From an uncultured Eubacteriales bacterium (GTDB lineage: Bacteria; Acidobacteriota; Aminicenantia; Aminicenantales; Aminicenantaceae): 64,000 nt of DNA. This document shows, piece after piece, positions 49,715-59,434 of this stretch. The position numbers were made by a program, and so were the translations under genes. Numbering within the stretch: position 1 is the stretch's first letter; each line of letters starts with the position of its first letter. The notes below the pieces were generated by a model. It ran no database searches and was not told where the DNA came from. It saw only the letters and a list, made by a program, of their open reading frames with translations. The stretch lies in assembly GCA_964346815.1 (NCBI GenBank), contig CAYFWF010000047.1, positions 890 to 64,889 on the forward strand. Reading direction: 5' to 3'.

Positions 49715-50158
49715 ATGACGGATAACGACACGAAAAAAGAATCCACTTCTAAAGACAAAGAAAAAAAGCACCACCGGCCTTTAGATGATTTCGGCAACCA
49801 GATGGAGAAATTCGCTGTCAAGACAGCCGAATCCATCAGAAAAGTGATCGACAGAGCATTGGCCTCGAGAAATACAGTTTTGACCATTCGTGTCAATGAC
49901 GAGAGCAACAAAAAGCTCAACATGCTCGTCGAAGCGGGCCTTTTCAAGAGCCGTTCGGAAAGCGCAGCCTTCCTTATAGAGGAAGGAATAAAAAGTCAGC
50001 AGGCTTTATTTGCCAAGATCACAGATAAACTCGAAAAAATGGAGAAAATTCGAGAGGAGCTGAAGGTCATCGTTTCTAAAGAAGTCGAGGTCAAACCAGC
50101 TAAAGAAGATGAGCCTAAGAAGAAAAAGGCCCCTCGACCGACAAAGAAGAAAAAATAA
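49715..50158 (+). CDS. ribbon-helix-helix (CopG/Arc-like) DNA-binding protein with lysine-rich N- and C-terminal tails
   Basis: beta-strand TVLTIRVNDE followed by two helices (KKLNMLVEAG, SRSESAAFLIEEGI); K-rich termini. Confidence 0.55.
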   Translation: MTDNDTKKESTSKDKEKKHHRPLDDFGNQMEKFAVKTAESIRKVIDRALASRNTVLTIRVNDESNKKLNMLVEAGLFKSRSESAAFLIEEGIKSQQALFAKITDKLEKMEKIREELKVIVSKEVEVKPAKEDEPKKKKAPRPTKKKK

Positions 50159-50200
50159 TCCCGGCTGCTGATTTATTCCTGTATCGGAAACATGTCTCCA

Positions 50201-50219
50201 GAGCGTGTTTACGCTTTTT
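50201..50219 (+). terminator. rho-independent terminator
   Basis: GAGCGTG-TTT-ACGCTT hairpin followed by TTTTT. Confidence 0.5.
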
Positions 50220-50242
50220 CCTGAATATGCTATCATTTTTGG

Positions 50243-50671
50243 GTGACACCATTCCTTATCTCTGCGCTCACTTTCCTCACCTTCACCCTGACGACCGCTA
50301 CCCAAAACATAGAAAAAGCCTTCCTCCAGAACAATCCGAAACTGCTTTCCAATCTCTTCTCTACACAACATCCTATCAACGTATCTCTTCCTGACCCCAT
50401 TTTTTTTTCTGACCAAATCACGCATCACCAGGCCTATTTTATGTTTAAAAAAATCTTCGCTCTTTATTCAACCTTCGAGTTCTACTCCGAACAACAGGCG
50501 CTGACTCCTGAAAAGACCAGCTATATTTTCAAAGCCAGATGGTCCTTTCGAGACAAAAAGAATAATGACCAATATCCTTTTTACATTTTTTTCTTCCTCA
50601 TTAAAGAAGCCTCCGGAGACGAAGAAGAGACGGCTTGGAGAATTTCGGAAATAAAGGCCAAGAAAATTTGA
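50243..50671 (+). CDS. hypothetical secreted protein preceding the sensor kinase
   Basis: Hydrophobic N-terminus; overlaps kinase ORF start by 37 nt; no recognizable motif. Confidence 0.35.
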   Translation: MTPFLISALTFLTFTLTTATQNIEKAFLQNNPKLLSNLFSTQHPINVSLPDPIFFSDQITHHQAYFMFKKIFALYSTFEFYSEQQALTPEKTSYIFKARWSFRDKKNNDQYPFYIFFFLIKEASGDEEETAWRISEIKAKKI

Positions 50672-53600
50672 AAAAGAATTTTTTTTCTGCCTTTGTCCTG
50701 GGCGCGGCCCTTTCTCTCCTTCTGTTCATCTGTTCTTTTTTTCTGCCCTCACTCCTTTCGTCCAACTATTACCAAAGAAGTCTGAACCGACTCAGACACA
50801 CAGCCAGTAAAATAAAGACAGAATTTTCCCAGGTCTTGGATGCCATAGATGCCAACCAGAACTTAGTTAGAGAATCTCTGCCTCTGGACACAAACGAAGA
50901 AATATTTTCCCTGTTCAAACGGCTCGGTCTGAATCCAGAAACAGAGGGAATCAGCTATTATGACAGGATGGGAAATGCTGTTCTGTGGCTGGGGAATATC
51001 ATCGATCTTCAAAATGTCAAGCGCCAAAATGGAAAAGTCATTCTCTTCGAAGAAGTCAATCGTTCGCTCCTGGTAAAGACCAAAGCATCTGTCTATCTTG
51101 TGTCTATAGAAAAAACACCCGATGGAAATTACTTCGTCTTTTATCATCTTCTTGCCTTTCTGCCCCAGTTCGAAACTCCCTACTTGAGAGAATATCATTT
51201 TCTCAATCCAAAACTATTGCGCAATTGCACGATCCAGTATTGGGACTTTCGGGACGACGTTTCTACACTGGAGAGGATCTTCTCGAGACATCAGGACGAG
51301 TATGTAGGTGAGCCCGGACTGCAAGGCGAAGTGCAAACCCTTATTTTTCCGTTGAGGAATACAGACCAGAAAATAGTTGCGACTGTCAACTTAAATTCTC
51401 CTTCGCTCTCTTCAAGACTTTCTTCCCTCCATGAACAGATCCTTCTGATGTGTTATTTGCTCTTCGGTATTTCGCTGATATTTTTAATTATCTATCTTGT
51501 TCGGTCTCCTTCTTTTTTCAAAGAACGGAAACCGCTTTCTGTGTTGGCTGTCATTCTGACTTTAGCCGGACTGCGAATGCTCTTTTTCCCGTTGAGCAAT
51601 CTGGAAAAGATCCAGTCTCTCTCCATCTTTTCCCCCTCTATCGCGAGTTTTTTCTCTGTCTGGAACTTCACTCAATCTCCAGCAGATATTTTTCTAACCG
51701 CTTTTATATTCTTCCTTATGGTCGGTTGTGGTGTCATTTATTTCCGCGGCTATTTTGAACAAAAAAGGACAAAAATGGCGCCCGTTTCAGCTTTTTTTAT
51801 CAATATTTCCGTCATCTCTTTTGCCCTCCTTCTCCTGTTCCTGTTTCAGGAGATTCTTACTCGACTTGTTTCTCATTCGAACCTCAACCTTCTCCGCATT
51901 TCTTTCGAGCCGTCATTTTTCTTCCTGCATATCAGTATCTTTCTCTTCCTCTTTATTTTTCTGCTTTTCTGTTTTACGGTGTTCCGGTTAGCTGAGTCGT
52001 TTTCCCAAAACCTGCTTCTATCCCTCTCGCTCTTTGCTGCAGAATTTGCGCTCTTTGTTTTTATTTTCAAGAATAGAGTTCACCCTCTCCTCTTCCTGTT
52101 TCACTTCGTTCTGATTCTCTCAATATTGACGCTTGCTCACCACCCGAAACTCTTAAGGAAAAAAGAAATTCTTTTCTCAGTATTCATTTTGGCTGTTTTT
52201 GTGGTCTATTCTTCGGTCTACGTGTCTTTTTCTCAGCGCAATAAAAACCTCATCGAAAATTTCCTGCAAAACATCATTAAATCCCAAGAAACCTGGGGAA
52301 GGTATCTTATCAGAGAATCCCTTCCCGAGATCGACAAGAGTACGGAGACGATCAAAAACTTTCTTCGAAATCCGGAGCCCTCTGATCTCGCCCAGGCTCT
52401 ATGGGAAGAGACATGGTTCGCAAAATTCAGCTGGTACTCGAGTCTCGAAATAGTCACGCCAGAAGGAGTCATCCTTTCCCGATTCTCATTGAATGTTCCA
52501 GAGCTTTTCGAGCTTGAATTCGCACTGCCTCAAAGCGAAGACTGGAACATCTTGCGTCAGAACCTCCTTTTCAGGGGATTCGAAAAAGATTTCCTGGTAG
52601 GGTACAAAGACTGGTTCAGGGAGGGAGAGCCTATAGGCAGGTTGATGATCTTCCTGTCTGTAGATTATGACATGCTCCCTTTTCTGTACTCAGCCAATCC
52701 CTATTTCGAACTCATGCGAGTCTCATCGATACCTTCGCTCAATCAAATCGACCTCGGATTTGCCATATTCGATCTGAACGGAGAGCTGCTGTTCAATCCC
52801 AACAAAATGTCGAAAGGAATTCCTCCAGCCACCCTTCAAAGGGTGAGCAGGTCCCAGGAAGCCATCTGGTCCACATTCATTGACAAACAGGAAAAATTCA
52901 GAAGCCTGTATTTTAAATACCATCAAAAAATCTATGCGCTTTTCCTCCCACAAAAGAGCTTTCTCGACCATTCCGTCGATTTTTTAAAACTCTTTTTCAT
53001 CTATCTTCTTTTGTTCGTGATTTTCCTCTTCGCTCTCGTTCTATCGCCCACCAGAAAAAAAATAAAAAGTCCTTTCTGGTCATTTTCCAATCGGGTCTAT
53101 ATTTCTTTCGTCGCCATCGCTCTTATACCCCTTATTTTATTCACCATTTCCACCAGAAATTTCTTCAAACAGATGTTTACCCAACAGATAACAGAAAAGG
53201 CAGAAATTCATGCAAATTTCGCCCGGAGGATTGTCGAAGATTTTATCTCCGAACAGCAGGACGAACAGCTCTCCTTGACACTCCCCCCCGATTATGTGAT
53301 GCTTTTGATAAGCTCTGCCATTTCCAATGATGTCAATCTTTATCAGGATGGCAGCCTCATCTCCTCCAGCCGAAGGGAATTTTTCGATTATGGCATCCTT
53401 CCCGAAATGATCGATGGCGAAGTTTATTATAAGATTCAATATGAAAACAATCCTTTCTACTCTCAATCGCAAAAATTCGGGGACTACTCCTTCCACACCC
53501 TGACCGTCCCTTATCTTTTCGAAGACTCCCTTTTGCTCATTTCACTCCCTTTTCCCCTGGAACAGCAGGAAATCTCCAAGGCGACCAGAGACCTGGTCGA

Positions 53601-54510
53601 GTTTTTCTTTCTGATATCATCTTTTTTCATCTTTATCGTACTTCTCTTTGCACGAGGGATGGGAGGCATGATCGTTACTCCGATTAGAAAATTGCTGGCC
53701 GGAACCAGAGAGGTCAGCGTAGGCAATCTGGAAGTATCCATTCCCCATCAACACCAAGATGAGATGAAAACTCTTATAGATGGATTCAATTCCATGGTGG
53801 AAAGCCTTAAAAAGCACCAGCAGGAATTGGCTGAGATGAGCAAAAAAGTGGCTTGGGCAGAGATGGCCAGGAAAGTGGCTCATGAAATAAAAAACCCTCT
53901 GACTCCCATTCAACTCTCAGCCGAACATCTACTGAGCGTGTACCAGGACAAAAAAGCAGATTTTGAGGAAACCTTAACCGAGTCAACATCCTACATCATC
54001 AAGGAAGTCGAGAATCTGAGAAGAATCGCCAAGGAATTTCTCGAGATATCTAAGGAAACCGCTCTCCAGAAGGAAACTTTCGATATCAAAGAGATTGTCG
54101 GAGAAACGATCTCTCCTTATAAAAAAATTCTTGCCGAACGGATATCGCTCAAGGAAACTTATGAAGGAGAAAACTTCATCCTTACAGGGGACAAAACGAA
54201 AATCAACATCGCCTTACGGAACGTTTTCACCAATGCAGTGGAGGCAATCGAGGGTCATGGCAATATCGAGGTCCTGGTCCGCAGCGAAAAGGAAGCTTTG
54301 ACCATCGAAATAAGCGATTCTGGAGGGGGGATGGATCAGAAGACGCTGAACAGAATTTTCGACCCGTACTACTCCACCAAAGAGGTCGGAACAGGGCTGG
54401 GATTGACCATCGCAAAGAAGATCATAGAAGACCATGAGGGAAAAATCTCGGCCTCGAGCCAGAAAAATGTGGGAACAAAGATAACCATATATCTTCCGCG
54501 AAAAGGATAA
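50635..54510 (+). CDS. very large multi-TM sensor histidine kinase (HAMP-HisKA-HATPase_c C-terminus, NtrY/NtrB-like H box)
   Basis: H box AHEIKNPLTPI; N/G boxes (NAVEAI, DSGGGMD, GTGLGL); HAMP before H box; >12 predicted TM helices in N-terminal 1000 aa. Confidence 0.85.
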   Translation: MENFGNKGQENLKKNFFSAFVLGAALSLLLFICSFFLPSLLSSNYYQRSLNRLRHTASKIKTEFSQVLDAIDANQNLVRESLPLDTNEEIFSLFKRLGLNPETEGISYYDRMGNAVLWLGNIIDLQNVKRQNGKVILFEEVNRSLLVKTKASVYLVSIEKTPDGNYFVFYHLLAFLPQFETPYLREYHFLNPKLLRNCTIQYWDFRDDVSTLERIFSRHQDEYVGEPGLQGEVQTLIFPLRNTDQKIVATVNLNSPSLSSRLSSLHEQILLMCYLLFGISLIFLIIYLVRSPSFFKERKPLSVLAVILTLAGLRMLFFPLSNLEKIQSLSIFSPSIASFFSVWNFTQSPADIFLTAFIFFLMVGCGVIYFRGYFEQKRTKMAPVSAFFINISVISFALLLLFLFQEILTRLVSHSNLNLLRISFEPSFFFLHISIFLFLFIFLLFCFTVFRLAESFSQNLLLSLSLFAAEFALFVFIFKNRVHPLLFLFHFVLILSILTLAHHPKLLRKKEILFSVFILAVFVVYSSVYVSFSQRNKNLIENFLQNIIKSQETWGRYLIRESLPEIDKSTETIKNFLRNPEPSDLAQALWEETWFAKFSWYSSLEIVTPEGVILSRFSLNVPELFELEFALPQSEDWNILRQNLLFRGFEKDFLVGYKDWFREGEPIGRLMIFLSVDYDMLPFLYSANPYFELMRVSSIPSLNQIDLGFAIFDLNGELLFNPNKMSKGIPPATLQRVSRSQEAIWSTFIDKQEKFRSLYFKYHQKIYALFLPQKSFLDHSVDFLKLFFIYLLLFVIFLFALVLSPTRKKIKSPFWSFSNRVYISFVAIALIPLILFTISTRNFFKQMFTQQITEKAEIHANFARRIVEDFISEQQDEQLSLTLPPDYVMLLISSAISNDVNLYQDGSLISSSRREFFDYGILPEMIDGEVYYKIQYENNPFYSQSQKFGDYSFHTLTVPYLFEDSLLLISLPFPLEQQEISKATRDLVEFFFLISSFFIFIVLLFARGMGGMIVTPIRKLLAGTREVSVGNLEVSIPHQHQDEMKTLIDGFNSMVESLKKHQQELAEMSKKVAWAEMARKVAHEIKNPLTPIQLSAEHLLSVYQDKKADFEETLTESTSYIIKEVENLRRIAKEFLEISKETALQKETFDIKEIVGETISPYKKILAERISLKETYEGENFILTGDKTKINIALRNVFTNAVEAIEGHGNIEVLVRSEKEALTIEISDSGGGMDQKTLNRIFDPYYSTKEVGTGLGLTIAKKIIEDHEGKISASSQKNVGTKITIYLPRKG

Positions 54511-54514
54511 TACG

Positions 54515-55486
54515 TTGTTTGTCCTGGATTTTTTTAAGAATTTATGGAAAAATATTTTTAAGACGATGAGAATAAGAAACATTCTTTTGATCGGTTTAAC
54601 CGGTCTCCTGGTTGCTTCTTCTTCCCTTATGGCAGAGAGCGTAAGCATTAAATTCAGCTACAATACAGCCTCCGTAAGTAAGGGGGACCTGAACACATGG
54701 ATCGAATCATACAATTCGCTTTGGAATGATTGGCAGGCCAATTGGGGAGGTCAGCTGGACGGTCGACTCGATTCCCTCAATTACGGACCCAAGTATGAGG
54801 TGGAGATCAGGATTCCTGTTTTCTTTGGGCTGTCTCTTAATCTAGCCGGCAGTTCTTTCAGCAGCGCAAAAGAAGGCACCATCCAATTCGTCCACGGAAC
54901 GAAGGATCAAACCGAGGAAGACTTCACCAGGAATGAAGTCAAGGGGATCCCATTAAAAATCGGATTCAGCTATATTCAATCCCTTCCTTTTTTAGAAAAC
55001 CTCTCCGTGTTTGGCGGTATTGGCAGACATATCACATTTCTGAAATATACCTACATCCAAGACTACGAATTATCCATTTCTAATCTAAACTACATCTTGA
55101 AGAGGGAAAACACTTACCATTCCGAAGCACTGGGAGTTTATGCCACGCTCGGCTTTGAATACGACCTGATCAAAAATATCGCTATCGTGGCCGAGGCAGA
55201 AAAAATATGGTCCAAGGCTGACGGCTTTAAAGGAGCTTACACTTCAGAGCTGACCGACCCTGTAGAAAATACTCAAACAACGGAATCAGGTGAAGCCTCT
55301 CTCTATTTCTATGAAAACAAGCAATGGTGGAATGATAAGTATTATTCTGCCTTTACCGGACATGAGATCAAACCTGAAGAACCCGCTGATTATCCTGCGG
55401 GGGTAGTAGATATTCAGAATCTCCGCCAGGGAGAATTCGATTTGAGCACGTTCTCTTTTAAAATCGGTTTTCGTTTCAAGTTTTAA
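54515..55486 (+). CDS. predicted outer-membrane beta-barrel protein
   Basis: Signal peptide (MRIRNILLIGLTGLLVASSSLMA); alternating amphipathic strands; C-terminal ...FRFKF. Confidence 0.45.
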   Translation: MFVLDFFKNLWKNIFKTMRIRNILLIGLTGLLVASSSLMAESVSIKFSYNTASVSKGDLNTWIESYNSLWNDWQANWGGQLDGRLDSLNYGPKYEVEIRIPVFFGLSLNLAGSSFSSAKEGTIQFVHGTKDQTEEDFTRNEVKGIPLKIGFSYIQSLPFLENLSVFGGIGRHITFLKYTYIQDYELSISNLNYILKRENTYHSEALGVYATLGFEYDLIKNIAIVAEAEKIWSKADGFKGAYTSELTDPVENTQTTESGEASLYFYENKQWWNDKYYSAFTGHEIKPEEPADYPAGVVDIQNLRQGEFDLSTFSFKIGFRFKF

Positions 55487-55498
55487 AGAATCGAAGGA

Positions 55499-56005
55499 AT
55501 GTCGAAAACACTGGTAACCTACTTAAGCTGGACCGGAAACACAAAAAAGGTTGCCCAGGCTCTCTTCGAGGCGCTGGAGGGAGAGAAGAGCATTAAAGAC
55601 GTCGAAGAGATTCGTAATCTCGATGAATACGACCTTATTTTTATAGGTTTTCCTGTCCACTCCCACAGCGTCCCAGTCAAGATACAGGAGCTGCTAAAAA
55701 AAATTCCCCCCGGGAAAAAAATCGCACTTTTTTCCACCCACGGTTCTTTAACCGGAAGCCGTCTGTCCCGAGAGGCTCTGGAACACGCTTCCGTCCTGGC
55801 ATCCAAGAACAAAATCCTGGGCACATTTTCCTGCCGTGGTAAAGTCTCGAACGAGGCCATGGAGGCCTTGAGCCGATCGCCAGAACACAAGGCCTGGGTG
55901 GAAATGGCCGCTTCAGCTCGCACCCATCCCGACGAAAACGACCTCGCTGATGCCAGGTCTTTCGCTAAGTGGATCATGACGCTCAGCGCTCAGGACGAGT
56001 CATAA
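55499..56005 (+). CDS. flavodoxin
   Basis: FMN-binding signature LVTYLSWTGNTKKVA; AAGGA RBS. Confidence 0.75.
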   Translation: MSKTLVTYLSWTGNTKKVAQALFEALEGEKSIKDVEEIRNLDEYDLIFIGFPVHSHSVPVKIQELLKKIPPGKKIALFSTHGSLTGSRLSREALEHASVLASKNKILGTFSCRGKVSNEAMEALSRSPEHKAWVEMAASARTHPDENDLADARSFAKWIMTLSAQDES

Positions 56006-56016
56006 TTCGCCCGGAT

Positions 56017-56958
56017 TCAAATCTTTTTTACTTCTTGAATGATCTGGTCTGCGACAGTATAAGGATCCATCTCCCTCTTGTAAATTCTCTCTATAAAATT
56101 ATCGATCTCAGAGTCTTTGATAGTTTCCGAAACAGCTCGGAACAGCTTTTCGTTTATGATGCCTCTCAACATCCAGAAAAGCAGCCTCTTCTTTCGGGAG
56201 GCCCTCGTCTCCTCGTCCCTTTCGGCTGTTACGTTATCGATCTCCTGGAGGAGGCGTTCAATGCCTGTCCCTTCTGTAGCGATAGTCTTTATCACAGGAG
56301 GAGCGGGACTGTCTTTCAATCCCATATCCAGAATAGCCCTCAACTGCCTTTCCGTTTTATCCGTTTCTGGAGAATCCGCTTTATTGAGTATAAAAATATC
56401 GGCAATCTCCATAATACCAGCCTTGAAGACCTGGATCTCATCACCTGCTCCTGGAACCAGAACCACGAGAACAACATCGGCGAATTTGACAACTTCCACC
56501 TCATCCTGTCCAACTCCTACAGTTTCCACCAGAATAATATCTTTTCCCGAAGCTTCAAGAATAGCGATCGCTTCTCCTGAGGATTTGGCCAGTCCTCCCA
56601 GGTGGCCCCGAGTGGCCATGCTGCGGATGAATATATTCGAGTCGATGCTGTGGCGCATCATCCGTATACGATCCCCAAGGATGGCACCTCCACTGAAAGG
56701 GCTGGAAGGATCCACGGCCACGATTCCTATCTTCTTATCGATCCTTCTCAAGACATCGATGAGTTTATCGACCAACGTGCTTTTTCCTGACCCAGGAGAT
56801 CCTGTTATGCCGATGATAGTCGACTTTCCCGTATGAGGAAAAATTTCTTTCAACAGATTTTGTGCCTCCGTGTTTTTATTTTCAACCATAGAAATTCCCC
56901 TGGCTATGGCCCTGGGACTTCCCTTAAGAATCTCCTCTGTTAAATTCATTCTCTTCAT
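56017..56958 (-). CDS. meaB: MeaB/ArgK-family G3E GTPase (methylmalonyl-CoA-mutase-associated)
   Basis: Walker A GITGSPGSGKST; AVDPSSPFSGGAILGDRIRM; start set at internal Met to avoid overlap with upstream gene. Confidence 0.8.
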   Translation of the reverse strand: MKRMNLTEEILKGSPRAIARGISMVENKNTEAQNLLKEIFPHTGKSTIIGITGSPGSGKSTLVDKLIDVLRRIDKKIGIVAVDPSSPFSGGAILGDRIRMMRHSIDSNIFIRSMATRGHLGGLAKSSGEAIAILEASGKDIILVETVGVGQDEVEVVKFADVVLVVLVPGAGDEIQVFKAGIMEIADIFILNKADSPETDKTERQLRAILDMGLKDSPAPPVIKTIATEGTGIERLLQEIDNVTAERDEETRASRKKRLLFWMLRGIINEKLFRAVSETIKDSEIDNFIERIYKREMDPYTVADQIIQEVKKI

Positions 56959-56986
56959 GAGGTTCTTTGCTAAGATATCTGGAAGT

Positions 56987-58132
56987 TCAGTATTCGGAAA
57001 GGACCTTATGGGCGATGATCCAACGCTGGACCTCTGAGGTTCCTTCTCCAACCGTGGCCAGCTTCGAATCCCGGTAGAACTTTTCAGCGGGATAATCTTT
57101 GGTGAAACCATAGCCTCCATGAACCTGAACAGCCATGGAGGAAGCCCTCACGGCCAATTCGCTGGCAAAAAGCTTAGCCATAGCGGATTCCTTGGGGATC
57201 TTTTTTCCTTGATCTTCCAGAAACGCTGCGCGATAAGTGAGGAGACGGGCTGCATCTAATTCCGTATACCCATCGGCCAGCATCCATTGTATGGCCTGGA
57301 AATTGGAGATAGGCTGATCGAATTGGACCCTCTCCTTCGCATATCGAAGAGCCGAATCCAAAGCACCTGCAGCGATTCCCAGGGAAAAAGCGGCAATACT
57401 GACCCGTCCTCCATCCAGAATAGCCATAGCCTGCCGGTACCCCTTTCCTTGGTCCCCGATCAAATTTTCTGCAGGAACCTTGACATCTTCAAAAATGAGT
57501 TCAGTCGTATCGGCTGCTCTAATGCCGAGTTTGTCTTCCTTTTTCCCCACCTGAAAGCCTTTCATCCCTTTTTCCAAAATAAATGCTGATATGCCTTCCC
57601 TTTTTTGATCGGGATCAGTTATGGCCATCACCACATGGATATCGGCTAAAGACCCATTGGTTATAAAACGTTTTGAGCCATTGACGACCCAATGATCTTC
57701 ATTTTTTTCGGCTTTAGTTCTCAAGGCCGCAGCATCAGAGCCGGCACTTGCCTCAGTCAATCCCCAGGCGCCCAGGGTTTCTCCTTTAGCCAGCCTGGTG
57801 AGATATTTCTTCTTCTGTTCTTCAGAGGCAAACAGATTCAGATGATTGGAACAGAGCGAATTGTGGGCAGCGACAACCAAACCGACAGATGGATCGACCT
57901 TGGATATCTCTTCAAGAATGATAACATAATCCACATTGGAGTAGCCTGCCCCAGCATACTCAGTCGGAATCACGATCCCTAGCAATCCCATTTCAGCTAG
58001 CTTTTTGGTGAGGACATTTGGCCATTCTCCCTTCTCATCGCTTTCTTTGATAAGGGGCTGGATTTCTTTTTGGGCAAAATTTCTTATGGAATCTCTCAAT
58101 ATTTCCTGTTCCTCAGTCAGTGAAAAATCCAT
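56987..58132 (-). CDS. acyl-CoA dehydrogenase (short/branched-chain type)
   Basis: MDFSLTEEQ N-terminus; three ACAD domains; strong AAGGAG RBS. Confidence 0.9.
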   Translation of the reverse strand: MDFSLTEEQEILRDSIRNFAQKEIQPLIKESDEKGEWPNVLTKKLAEMGLLGIVIPTEYAGAGYSNVDYVIILEEISKVDPSVGLVVAAHNSLCSNHLNLFASEEQKKKYLTRLAKGETLGAWGLTEASAGSDAAALRTKAEKNEDHWVVNGSKRFITNGSLADIHVVMAITDPDQKREGISAFILEKGMKGFQVGKKEDKLGIRAADTTELIFEDVKVPAENLIGDQGKGYRQAMAILDGGRVSIAAFSLGIAAGALDSALRYAKERVQFDQPISNFQAIQWMLADGYTELDAARLLTYRAAFLEDQGKKIPKESAMAKLFASELAVRASSMAVQVHGGYGFTKDYPAEKFYRDSKLATVGEGTSEVQRWIIAHKVLSEY

Positions 58133-58275
58133 TCCTTCTCCTTTTCTTCCTGTACCTCTCTCTTTCACTCATCTTACTTTTACAGGAATCAATAATCAAG
58201 GAAAATCGGTGTTCAATTGTCGACCGGTTCTCGCTCCAAGTTGACTTGATAAGGGAAATCATCTAAGTTAGAGAC

Positions 58276-58536
58276 ATGTTTTCAGGATTTTTAAAAATCG
58301 TCCTGTACGCCCTTCTCGTTTACATCATATATAAATTCATCCGTCTCTTTCAAATCCTCGGCAAAAAGAACAAGGCGCCTCGGCAGCCCAAACAAATCTC
58401 AGGGATCATGGTTAAAGACGAAGTGTGCAACACCTATCTTCCCCGAGAGGACGCCATTAAAGAAATCGTGGAAGGAAAAGAATTCTTTTTCTGTTCTAAA
58501 GAATGCCGCCAAAAATTTTTGGAAGAAAGGAAGTAA
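58276..58536 (+). CDS. membrane-anchored YHS/TRASH-domain protein
   Basis: N-terminal TM helix; C-terminal C-x32-FFCSKEC pattern typical of YHS metal-binding domains. Confidence 0.55.
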   Translation: MFSGFLKIVLYALLVYIIYKFIRLFQILGKKNKAPRQPKQISGIMVKDEVCNTYLPREDAIKEIVEGKEFFFCSKECRQKFLEERK

Positions 58537-58567
58537 CGATATTGGGGGCCTTTCTGGATAATCTCGA

Positions 58568-58891
58568 TTAAGGAGTCAGGCTCCAGGCGTCAATAGTCAC
58601 AGATTCATCGAGCACAATCTGTTCGTGCTCGAAATTCGGAGGGACGACAAAAGAATCTCCTGCCCTGACGGCTAAAACTTTCTCTTCATCCTCAGATTTT
58701 ATTATGATCTTTTGTTCGCCTTTCAGAACTGTTGTGACCTGCTCGTAAGAGTGACGGTGGGGAGGCACGTGAGAATCTTTTTTGTATTCAAATTTAGCCA
58801 TTAAAACATCCTTGCCACAGGCTAGTGTTCGCCGAATGACCCCTTCGAATACCTCTACAACATGTTGGTCTTTTTCTTCAATTTTAATCAT
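58568..58891 (-). CDS. cupin-domain protein
   Basis: Cupin motifs PPHRHSYEQV...GDSFVVPPNFEHE; AGGAGG RBS. Confidence 0.7.
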   Translation of the reverse strand: MIKIEEKDQHVVEVFEGVIRRTLACGKDVLMAKFEYKKDSHVPPHRHSYEQVTTVLKGEQKIIIKSEDEEKVLAVRAGDSFVVPPNFEHEQIVLDESVTIDAWSLTP

Positions 58892-58995
58892 TCAGCCACC
58901 TCCTGTTCGCTCACATTAAGTTTTCGGGCCTCTTCGAATGTGCCATATATTTAGTCAGATGAACTTTCCGGTTTAGGAAATTGAATGCAAACTTC

Positions 58996-59271
58996 CTACC
59001 AGGCGATATGAAAATCAGAAAATTCTCCTTCGAATTTTTCCCACTGGAGTTCGATATTATCGATCCTTGCCATAGGAGGGCCTTCTCTCATCTGTCCTAC
59101 CAGAGCCTGGATGTCTTCCTTTTCGCCTTCTACCAAAGCCTCGACGCGTCCATCCGGCAGGTTCTTCACCCAGCCCGTCAGCCCTTTGGAGGAAGCCCAT
59201 TTTCGCGTGCTGTCACGATAAAAAACTCCTTGAACTCTCCCCAAGACAAAAATGCGTGCTCTCGCCTTCAT
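58996..59271 (-). CDS. acyP: acylphosphatase
   Basis: Signature GRVQGVFYR and GWVKNLPDGRVE. Confidence 0.85.
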   Translation of the reverse strand: MKARARIFVLGRVQGVFYRDSTRKWASSKGLTGWVKNLPDGRVEALVEGEKEDIQALVGQMREGPPMARIDNIELQWEKFEGEFSDFHIAW

Positions 59272-59434
59272 CCTGCTCTCTCTGTTTCTATTATTTATAA
59301 CACATAAACCTGTGCAGGGGTCAAGCTATTCCTGGGATCGGATCGGGACCACCCCAAATCCTTTAAACAATTTTGCGTCAAATTCTGATAAAATAAGTGT
59401 TTGGAATAGAGTCCAGAGTCAGGGGCCGATTCTG

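Noticed and set aside
56117-56836. 239-aa plus-strand ORF
   Set aside because: Antisense to meaB. Ser/Thr/Pro-rich junk.
59252-59434. 60-aa N-terminal extension of the ThiD ORF in the ORF track
   Set aside because: It overlaps the acyP start on the other strand and reads like a signal peptide on a cytoplasmic kinase. An in-frame TTG at 59435, with an upstream purine-rich stretch, gives a canonical ThiD N-terminus.
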